DNA of 20,000 bases from Monosiga brevicollis MX1 (lineage: Eukaryota), in NCBI RefSeq assembly GCF_000002865.3, contig NW_001865086.1, forward strand, positions 147,225-167,224, in the 5' to 3' direction. Position numbers and translations under genes: made by a program. The notes below the pieces were generated by a model. The model saw nothing but the letters and a program-made list of their open reading frames with translations, was not told where the DNA came from and ran no database searches. Positions 11,244 through 20,000 of this stretch are shown here, one piece after another; within the stretch, counting starts at the first letter, position 1; every line of letters begins with the position of its first letter.

Positions 11244-11719
11244 CATGCTCCAACCAACAGCAGGTACTGCATGGGGAACGGATGGTCCCAGGTGTTGGGT
11301 TTGATAGAGTTTGCCTCGAGACCACCATGCCCCAAACAAAGCTGGATGGGAATGAGTTTGGCATTTGCAAAGAGACAATCGATTGCGGATCAAGCACCAA
11401 AACGCACAAGAACTATACTTGACATGTGAACAAACATCAAACAGGCATTCAGAGAGGAGGGGCAAATGGATAAAATCAAGAGGAACAAGACAGAACTAGA
11501 GAAAGGACAAAAGAAAAAGAAAAAGGCAAATGGAGAGGCCTTCACCACCCCAAAGTCGGAGAACAGGAGAATGGAAAGAAGCACGACCAGACACTCGGCG
11601 CAGGCAGCACCTTTTTCAGCCATCACGCAGAAAACTGAGACAACTCTTTTCCCAAGCAAGGAGGGAAGTTAGCATGAAAAACAAACAGAACAAAACAAAG
11701 CGAAAGAGCAATGACCAAG

Positions 11720-11758
11720 CGGGTAGGGGATAACGGGTAGGGGATAACGGGTAAGGGG
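11720..11758 (+). repeat. 14-bp tandem repeat (CGGGTAGGGGATAA, about 2.8 copies)
   Basis: cgggtaggggataa cgggtaggggataa cgggtaagggg, lying between the convergent 3' ends of the SAC and forkhead genes. Confidence 0.9.
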
Positions 11759-11811
11759 TTCCTTTGAGAATTGACGAACACGGATGGGTCTTGACTAGGA
11801 GCGGTTTTGGG

Positions 11812-12924
11812 TTAGCTGGAGGGCTGGGCGACCCATGCGTTATTTTGCCAACCCGGTTGTTGGAAAAAGTTGGCCGGGGCCCATTTCAGCATGGGATGCC
11901 AGGCAGCAGCAGCAGCGGCGGCGGCGGCAGCAGCAGCAGCAGCATAGGCAGGGCCGTTGGCGTTGGGAGGATACGGCATGGCAAAGGGAACGGGACCCAT
12001 TGGAGGCTGCATCATGGATTGGTAAAATTGCTGTTGCTGTTGCTGGAAAGCGAGCATGACGTTGGTGGCCGAGGTAGGCATGATGACGCGAACAGGGGCA
12101 TGTTGGTGTGGATGGGGCGTTGCGTTGCGCGTGTCTGAGATGCCAGAGGTGGTCGAAAGAGCTGGGGAGCCGCGGCGCGTTGTGCGGGTGGATTGTTTTC
12201 CACTGACGCTTTCTGTGGCGGAACCCGTGGCACTATCGACTGTGCTGCCGATGGCGCTGTCTGAGACTGCTTCGCTGGTGGTGCGAGTGCGGTTGGCACC
12301 ATTGGCATTGGTGAGTTGCTGATGGCAGGGTGAGGACTGGGAGGCTCGTTGCTGGTGCTTGGAGAGGGGTTGTCGCGGTTGCTGCTTGTGCTGCTGTTGT
12401 TGTTGTGGAGGAGGATGAAGGTGAATTTGTTCATGGATGATGGCGGGGAGGCCAAACTGGGCCAGGTTATTGAGGACGAGGGGCATGTCTTGTTTAATCA
12501 TGCGAAGGATGGCCATTTCGAGGAGCTGCAGCACCGAGGGGGAAGTGGCGAGGTGTAGGTGAGGCAACTGTGGGACGGGGCTGCTGTGGGCGATGGCCAG
12601 CGGAAGGGCTGGGCGAGGTCGACTTACCCTGGTACTGCAGGTGGGAAACCTTTCCTTGGCCTTGTCGAGAAGAACGACGGCCTTTTGGGAATTGACGGGC
12701 AGGTGTTCGCGATTGCAAAACCAGGTGCGTTGGAGGGTGGGGTGCCAAAAGGCGGGGGAATCGGAGAGACAGTGGCGAACGGAGGTCCGCCAGCAGGCGC
12801 GGGAGGTGACGCTGGTGGCGTCGGGGTGGGAGAGCATCCATTCGCAGAGGCGCTTGGTGGTGAGGCCCGACTTTGGCTCGGAGGCCAGGGCCATGGCCAA
12901 GCATGTGGCATATGTCAATGGCAT
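11812..12924 (-). CDS. Divergent forkhead (winged-helix) domain protein with a Q/S/T/A-rich C-terminus, putative transcription factor
   Basis: MPLTYATCLAMALASEPKSGLTTKRLCEWMLSHPDATSVTSRACWRTSVRHCLSDSPAFWHPTLQRTWFC aligns by eye with the forkhead pattern P-x-SY-x-x-LI-x-MAI...P...LTL-x-x-IYEWI...W-x-NSIRHNLS...F...W. A probable intron at 12627-12526 (AGG|GTAAGT...CAG|) is followed by polyQ/polyA tracts and TAA at 11814-11812. The frame is open up to 13458, with an in-frame ATG at 13386, so the true start may be further upstream. Confidence 0.75.
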   Translation of the reverse strand: MPLTYATCLAMALASEPKSGLTTKRLCEWMLSHPDATSVTSRACWRTSVRHCLSDSPAFWHPTLQRTWFCNREHLPVNSQKAVVLLDKAKERFPTCSTRVSRPRPALPLAIAHSSPVPQLPHLHLATSPSVLQLLEMAILRMIKQDMPLVLNNLAQFGLPAIIHEQIHLHPPPQQQQQHKQQPRQPLSKHQQRASQSSPCHQQLTNANGANRTRTTSEAVSDSAIGSTVDSATGSATESVSGKQSTRTTRRGSPALSTTSGISDTRNATPHPHQHAPVRVIMPTSATNVMLAFQQQQQQFYQSMMQPPMGPVPFAMPYPPNANGPAYAAAAAAAAAAAAAAWHPMLKWAPANFFQQPGWQNNAWVAQPSS

Positions 12925-13971
12925 GTTGACGGTAACGCACGCACGGTCGTTGGGTAGGAGGGGCGTGCGTGCGTCAAGCGAGAGGCTGGGCCAGAATACT
13001 GGGCGCAGGGCCGGATCGGGGTACGAGGCTTTGATCTGTGGGTCGGATTGGATGGAAAAGAAAAAAATGCGAGTGGCGGATCGGGCAGTCCACCTCGATG
13101 CGCGAGGCGGCGTAGATCCTGAGCAGACGGTAGGAGGAGCGGTCGGGGAAAAAAAGGGAAAGCTATGGCTGTGGGCTATGCTTGTCGCCAAACGTGGGTG
13201 TTGACGTGGACTACTCACGTTTGGGTCTGACGCGGCGTCGATGCGATGTTGATGCGGGCCGCGCTGGCCGGCGTAAGTGGGCAGGAGACAGAGGGCAAGG
13301 TAAAGCCAGGGGTTTGCTGATGGCGTGGACCGAGCTGGAATGCCGAGGGCGTCGTTGGTAATTTCTTGGATTTTTTTTTTTTCCATCAGATCTCCGGAAA
13401 GCGGTTGTTCTGGTTCTGGCGACGGCAGTTGATGACTCTTCTGTGGTGATGCCGTCAATTTAATCTAGCAGAACGTCGGCGGTTGCGAGGAATCGGATAT
13501 GGTGGGGGAGGGAGGACAGGCCGATCAGGAAAGATGCGTGCGTCGTGCGATGTTTTGGACTTGCGTGTCCCGGTTCGAAAAAACGACGTGTGGGAGGGCT
13601 CGCGAGGGAACAGCGTACTGGGGGGGGAGGCAGGGATCGTTGGCAAGCCGTGCTTGTTGAGGGTTTAGCTGATGCCTTGCTTGAGGGTGCGTGCTTGCTC
13701 TGTAGCAGTACGTGGTCGAGACGGGTCAGGCCAAGCCAGGGGGGTGCCAATCACGGTGGTGAAGACGCGGCGAAATCCTAAGAATTGACACCAAGGTATC
13801 AAGAAAGAAGGATACGCAAGGGGGTTGGGGCAAGCACGACGACGTTTGGGGCACGTGGTGAGCCGGACGCGAAAACGGTTTTATTTTTTAAAAACATCAA
13901 CAGCGAGGGCGCTTGCGCAGCAGCAGCAAATCAAGGACATGCTTGCAGGTTGATCGAGTAATGGAGTGGAG

Positions 13972-13973
<2 letters not shown>

Positions 13974-14014
<41 letters not shown>

Positions 14015-16266
14015 GATGATGGTCCGGTGACCAACGTGTCGACGCGTCTCGCCTGACGACTTGTATGCAATGGCCCCAACCCCTGTGATGTGTGTGTGTG
14101 TGGAAGAGGAGAGAGAGAGAGGAGAGAGGGGAGAGAAGGGAGAGAGGAGAGAGAGGGAGAGCATTGGAAATGGTTCGGGTCGCCATGGCGCAATCGTGCC
14201 GTGTCAAAAGCCATAACCAGAAACACAAGCAGTGCCGCAGCGAGGACATAAGATGTGATCACCCAGATGATTCAACGAGTGCAAGAGAGCGTGCGGGCGG
14301 CTCCTTGGAATTTTTTTTTCACGCCAGCCCCGTCCCCAGTGTCTGCCAGTCACTGCTCCCACGCTTTTAAGAACAACAGGTCGTGTTGCGGAGGAGCCTG
14401 GGCTGGCGCAGGGGGTTCACGAGAAGAAGAAGGAGGAGAAGCAGAAGCAGAAGAAGGAGGAGATCGTGCCCGCGGAAGGCGCCAGCGCGGCCACTGCGTG
14501 TGTGTGTGTGTGTGTGTGTGATGGGGATGGCGGTGTCGGGGGGTGTACTGGCATGGGTATGATGATACGATGGCGTTGACACACCCACCTCGACGACGTG
14601 ATAACAGCGAGAGGGCCACACCGGATCTGGGATCCTAGACTCCTGTGATGTGAAGCAGCAACGCGAGAGAGAGAGAGAGAGAGAGGGAGCGAGAGAGAGA
14701 GAGAGAGGGAACGAGAGAGAGCGAGAGAGAGAGAAAATGCGCCGTCGCAGCCTCGAGTTTTCGTCAGCAGCAGAGAGAGAGAGAGAGGGAGAGAGAGAGA
14801 GAGAAGCCAGAGAGAGAGGGAGAGAGAGAGAGAGAAGCTAGAGAGAGATGAAGAAAAACGAGAGAGAGAAGAAGGAGAAATCCATAGAAAAGCAGAGGGT
14901 GAGCGAGTCTGGGCGGGCAATTCAGAGACACTTTCAAAAACCGAGACAGACTCAGAGTGAGGGAGACAACGCGAGCCAGCACCACGCGTTGATACACGGT
15001 GTATGACATGCCTTGACTCTGTTGACGTTTGACAGCAGCAGATGATCCGGTCGCCGCTGCCGTCTTTCCTTTCAAAGACTATACCGCTCAGACCCGGAGA
15101 GGATCGCGGGTAGAGTACAGTCGTGTTTGTGCACATTCACGCGCACGCCGCCGGGGCGGGACGAAGCGCGCTGCCGTTTCTCAAAGAGTCCCCGCCCCCT
15201 CTTCCGCTCCATGTCCCCTCGCGATGCCGGCGTGAGGTTCATCGCCACGGCCCCATGGGGATCAACGTCATGGCGACGTGTACTCATGGTCAATGTTCAG
15301 GCAAAATATGGGACCATAACGCTAACAACTTGGTAAAAGATATGGGCCCAGACCCATATGTACACGTCACACGCGTGTGGGTGCCCCAAACACCCCCCAA
15401 AAAATGAAATCAAAGAGGAAACGACGTTTCTGTTGAATTGAACTCCCCCTTTTGAAATCTGTGCTCTTGTGTGTGTGTGTGTGGTCATTCTCTCTGTGTC
15501 TCTCTCTCATTCTCTGTCTCTGTGTGCGTCTGTCTCTCATTCTCTGTCTCCGTTTCTCTCTCTGTCTCTGTCTCTCATTCTCTGTCTCCGTTTCTCTCTC
15601 TGTCTCTGTCTCTCTGTCTCTGTCTCTCTGTTTCTGTCTCTCTGTCTCTGTCTCTGTCTGTCTCTGTCTCTCTCCGTCTCTGTCTCTGCTCTCTCTGTCT
15701 CTCTCCCTCTGTTGATGATGCTATCTCTCTCTCTATCTCTGTCTCTGTGTGTACCGTCTGGGTTTCCTTTAGCTCCTGCTTCAACGCCGCTCTACCTCGG
15801 GCAGCTACTGTGACGTGAAGCGCCATCTCCTCGCGCCCTGCTCCTCGCGGCTCTTCCCTGTCACGACGGACCAGAATGCGGAGCCACTTTGGACGGATGT
15901 CTTTCTTGCCCCATCTGGCACAACACACGACGAGGCCGCCTCTAAAGTCTTCAGCACCACCACGGTTTATCCAATACACCTCCAGCCAACACTGGTTCAA
16001 GGCATTTTATTCTATTTTTTTTTTCCTCGTGAAATTCAGTGTTTGGGGTCGTCGGTCCACACGCATCATGTACGACTGGGCTGGCCGACCAGGAATCCCC
16101 AAGGCTTGGGCGACAAAAGAGCCACGAAAGAGGTCTCGGGATCCGAGGCTTGGGGGCTTGGGGGCTTGGGGGGACGTTGGGGCAGCTGGTGGAGCGGTTG
16201 GCGAGGGCTCTTGTGACGTGGCTACCATCACAACGCGGTCAAGGCACCACATGTCTCTGCTCTGTG

Positions 16267-16331
<65 letters not shown>

Positions 16332-16592
16332 CTTTCAACGTCATGAGAGGGGTCGCGGGGTGGGAGATGATCAAGGTCGTGGGTTGGGGCGAGCAGCTGC
16401 TTGCATAGGGTCTCGGCTGCTTCTGCTTCGGCTTGTGTTTGAACTTGGAGCAGCTCCGGGTGCCGGCTGTGCCGGCTTGGTATCAAGGAAAGAGCAACAC
16501 ACAGACAGGCCGCAAGGCGCTGCCGTATGATGAGAGGCGGTAGATGGAGAGGTTGAGAGAGAGAGGTTGAGAGAGAGAGTTTGAGAGAGAGA

Positions 16593-16631
<39 letters not shown>

Positions 16632-17195
16632 TTTGAGAGAGAGAGAGAGAGAGAGTTTGAGATATGGAGAGACGACAGAGAGATGGAGCGACCACAAAGG
16701 GGGATATTACCGTACTGGGTACCCAAACGCACAAATACGATGTTGTGGTGCTGACGTGATGAAAACCCCTCGTTACGAGGTCTAAATCAACGTGGCAGCA
16801 TCCCGAACACGTCACCATGACTTGCAACCGTCACAGAACAACACTGCGACCCACAAGTTGTCCCATGCAGTGACTGGTGTTGTTTGTCAGCTTTGTTGCC
16901 ATAGGGAGCCCAAAGAGAGAGAGAGAAGAGAGAGATTTGAGGGAGAGAGAGAGAGAGAGAGAGAGATTGTGTGTGTGTGTGAGAGAGAGAACTCAACAAC
17001 ACAGCGGCACAGAGCGACTCACAGAGAGTCTCACAGAGAGGTACAGAGAGGTACAGAGAGGTACAGAGAGGTACACAGACAAAGACACAAGAGGGACCCA
17101 CGGAGAGAGATGCAGACACATACGTAGACACAGACACACAGACACAGACAGACACAGACACACAGACACAGACACAGACACACAAAACACACACA
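13974..17195. repeat. Microsatellite-dense interval: (TG)n, (GA)n, (TCTCTG)n, (AGAGAGGTAC)n, (CACAGA)n with short unique spacers
   Basis: Approximate tracts: TG at 13974-14010, 14498-14520 and 16269-16328; GA at 14665-14880, 16555-16665 and 16915-16965; TCTCTG-type at 15488-15745; gtacagagag x3-4 at 17035-17080; cacaga at 17125-17195. I could not recognise a protein motif in the spacers. Confidence 0.8.
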
Positions 17196-17384
17196 TGAGT
17201 ACGGGCGACGGATTCAAAACGGTTCGTGCCGAGTCATCATGTAATCCCCACCGCCACTGAAATTTGTGTGCAGGTCAATTGATGGCTCTGCGTGGTGACA
17301 AGCACAGGCAGACAGGGACGAGGAAGGTGAAGCCAACAAACAGCACATAGCACGAGCATCCTAAAGGGCCGTGTAGTACCCCAC

Positions 17385-18393
17385 AGATTTGGGTATTGTC
17401 GAAGATGACCATCTGGTGAAATTTGCCACGCCGTGTCGCGATGCCCGAGTCATATCTGTAGCAAAATCACATATCAAGTCAAAAGCCAGCCAGAAGCACT
17501 CGCGGCTCAAAAACAACATGCAACGTGCCAAAGCCGGGTCTGTCCAACGCAACGCTCATTGTTGGGCGCGTCTGGCAAGAGTGGTTGGGCCAGTGCTAGA
17601 CAAGGAGGCGATTGATGGACATGGGCATGACCCAACAAAACTCGCGTGACAACGAGCATGCGCTCGCCATCGAGTCCACCATAGGAGTACTGATGATGAC
17701 TCTAAAGTCATACACAAAAGCGCATCTGGCATCAGAACAGCGGCGCAATCCGATCAAACCAGTCGCAATTTCTAACCCCACCTTGCCAGCATGGTCGGCC
17801 AAGTAAAGACCAAAACCAAACTGGTGGCTCGCGTGGCTGCCGGCAAAGCGATGGTCGAGACCCAAGCGCACAATCTTGTCCAGCAGCAATTGCTCGGGCG
17901 TGAAGCAGCCAGCACTCTTGACAGGGTGTATCACGAAGAAAAGCTGGACAGCCCGAGAGCACATCCGAGGTGGTGGTTACAAGTCGATTCTAGTGCTCCT
18001 GACTTGTGAGGCGGTGCAGCAACTCCCGTCGCTTGCTGCTGCGCCGTTCACACAGCACGGGGTTCTGCACACGCGCCACCCACTGCCCTGCAGCGTTACC
18101 TGGTCCCTGCCCGTCAGCACTCAACTGCTGCTGCAGCAGTTCAGCCACCTAGTCACACAATAAATTCAAATTAGTCGGCTTTGTCAAGATAAAAATAACA
18201 ATATTACGATGACGACACTAGCAAGCAACGCACCTCGCGGACGAGCTCGGGTGTGTCGCACAAAGCGTCAATGGCTGGCCCAACAAGTAGGGCGTTGCAC
18301 ACTGCCCGGCGCTGAAGAGACTTGGGCGCTGCTTGAGATCTGTTGCAAACAGGCCCGTGTTTCCTTGTACAAACCGCTCGTCGCGTCGCACAT
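17385..18393 (-). pseudogene. Disrupted PARP/ADP-ribosyltransferase catalytic-domain gene (spliced)
   Basis: Exons about 18393-18234, 18148-17782, 17701-17553, 17455-17385. Reconstruction: ...ALCDTPELVRE|VAELLQQQL...WVARVQNPVLCERRSSKRRELLHRLTSQEH*NRL...CQECWLLH/fs/TPEQLLLDKIVRLGLDHRFAGSHASHQFGFGLYLADHAGK|SHHQYSYGGLDGERMLVVTRVLLG...NNER|YDSGIATRRGKFHQMVIFDNTQI. This matches the PARP motifs RVQN, ExxLFHG, GxDxR...FGxGxYxA...S..Y, RVLLG and YDS...VIFD..Q in the correct order. Lesions: TAG at 17992-17990, a frameshift at about 17900, and TT in place of GT at the donor at 17552. Confidence 0.85.
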
Positions 18394-19116
18394 CTGCACA
18401 CAAACGCCACATGTCAACAACAACAACAACAATAAGATTTGCCTCGGGCGAGAGGTCAGTCACTGGGTTCCAACTGTTGGAATTTCGCAAACTCCCAATG
18501 CTTCTCGGGCTGCTGTCAACTCGACCATACTGCGTGTTACCATACTAGTCCAAACAAAGCATGCCACTTATGCAAGTCCACCTGATGCATCAGTCGAGAC
18601 GACATCTTGGTTTGCACATGGTCTTTTGCTCGGCCGTGTCTCCAGAGTGCCAAGCTTGAGTGTGGATTAGGCTGCCAAGAGCGCTGGTCGTCTCGGCCAA
18701 GAGTCGATGAATTACAACCGCCGTCGTCCAGAAGGTCGCGGCGTACCTGATATTGGAGTGCAAGCATCGACCACCTGCCAGATCCCTCTGGAAGGATTGC
18801 ATAAATGTACTCGACGATGTGCAGCTGCCGCCGCCCGTCGAGGAACCCTCTCGTACACTCTGGGTGTGTTTAGCCACCAGATTATAAGTACGGTCCCGCT
18901 GACCGTGAGTGGCATTTTCTTTTGGATATTTCCCTTTCTGTTTTCTATCGTTCTCTCCTGTGAGAGAAGTGCAATTGAACCGCTTTACTGTCTCAGCTCA
19001 AATCGTCCTTCAATGACTGCGTGGACACTGCGTCAAGGAGCTGAAGACTTGGGTGCTTCCCATTTGAGTGCGAGTTCCCCAAAGGAAAAACCGGTGTCGA
19101 GGAGTACATCGAGAAC

Positions 19117-20000
19117 ATGGCGCTCGAGGAGTTGCCGGAGATCGTGAAGAGCATCCGCCGACAGTCGGAGCGCTGGCCTCAGTATGATGGCCATGACACG
19201 ATGAAGTTGATCGAGCTGCGCGAGGTCATTAACGCCGTTTGCGACAGCTACGATGTCCCGTACCTGCCAGAGCTCAAGAGCCTGGAGGAGGAGGATTTGC
19301 AAGCCGCTGCCATTGTGGAGAAGCACGGGCCAGGCCCGAAGGACAACGTCAAGAAGCTCAAGGAAATCAATAGTGTGATTATTGTCGCACTTTCGACGTG
19401 TCTCACCGGAACAGCTCGCTTAGTCTTGAGTGGCCTTAGGAAGGAAATCAAGAGCGGCCATGGTCGTGGAATGATACTACACGACTGGATTGATCGAACT
19501 GACATCGATCTGGAGGCGCTGGAGAGCGTGTTTGCGCAAGCTGAAGCTGATTTGGTCACCACGAAGCTGCAGAGTCAACATGATCTGAGCAACTACCGGC
19601 GCAAGATTGACCTGACAGTGTCGACGCTGCGGATGAGCAGCAGGTTTGTCGAGGAGGACACGGTCAAGAAGTTGGTGAGCAACCTGCCCACACAAGCGCG
19701 TGTCTACGTGGAGGACAAGATGGAAACCATGGATGACAGCAAGAAGAAGATGGTGACTTTTTGGACCATCCTCAAGAGGGCAGTGATGTGCATGCCAGAT
19801 GTGCCCATGGAGCGCGAGGAAGCCTACTACGCCCAAGGAGGGCGCGGCCGCGGTGGCCGACAGAGGTACGCTGGGCAAGGCAATTATGGCCGTGGTCGTG
19901 GAAAACACGGTGTACGTCGTGGTGGATCCAATAGGAAGCATGAGCCGGAGGGCAAGGACTTGCACCGGTTCAACGGCAATTGTCACTACTGCAAGGGCTA
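19117..20000 (+). mobile_element. gag: Ty1/copia-like LTR retrotransposon Gag ORF (5' part of the element; continues past the right edge)
   Basis: Intronless frame, open from 19045 to the window end with the first ATG at 19117 (about 294 codons). It is missing from the ORF track, presumably because it has no stop in the window. Translation: MALEELPEIV...LSTCLTGTARLVL...GMILHDWIDR...KLQSQHDLSNYRRKIDLTVSTLRMSSRFVEEDTVKKLVSNLP...EEAYYAQGGRGRGGRQRY...GRGRGK...RFNGNCHYCKG. A helical capsid-like region, an RGG tract and the start of a CX2C zinc knuckle with an F-x-G-x-C lead-in are typical of copia Gag. No pol region or paired LTRs are visible here. Confidence 0.8.

Noticed and set aside
15340..15359. 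TATGGGCCCAG resembling a half-tRNA-iMet copia primer-binding site, inside a small ATATGGG/CCCATAT hairpin
   Set aside because: Only an 11-nt match, not preceded by an LTR-type CA end and not followed by Gag; there is no tRNA cloverleaf either.
15575..16732. Several 110-240 aa ORFs in the microsatellite interval
   Set aside because: They run through repeats, overlap on both strands and show no recognisable motif. Small real exons cannot be excluded but are unsupported.
19477..19986. 169-aa minus-strand ORF, plus the 19033-19326 and 19248-19562 minus-strand ORFs
   Set aside because: They are antisense shadows of the + strand Gag frame.

Overview
Eukaryotic, intron-dense, microsatellite-rich draft-assembly DNA with one N gap (2378-2663). 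The short introns, the GA/CA/TCTCTG tracts and the animal-like gene set suggest a unicellular holozoan such as a choanoflagellate; this is an inference. Most ORFs in the supplied track are repeat or antisense artefacts, and the real genes have to be spliced by hand. Content from left to right: (1) the 5' part of a CLYBL/citrate-lyase-beta-like gene (minus strand, running off the left edge); (2) a complete 5-exon TEX261/Svp26 ER-Golgi cargo adaptor gene that includes a GC-AG intron; (3) a ~22-exon SAC2/INPP5F-type phosphoinositide phosphatase gene with intact CX5RT motif, hSac2-like domain and acidic tail; (4) a convergent, strongly divergent forkhead-domain gene; (5) ~3.5 kb of microsatellite-rich DNA with no recognisable gene; (6) a spliced PARP/ART catalytic-domain pseudogene with a stop codon, a frameshift at the catalytic His and a broken donor site; (7) an intronless Ty1/copia-like Gag ORF that is missing from the ORF track and runs off the right edge. 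I found no convincing new multi-gene system. The best leads are the atypical forkhead domain, the dead PARP next to the retroelement, and several non-canonical splice junctions.
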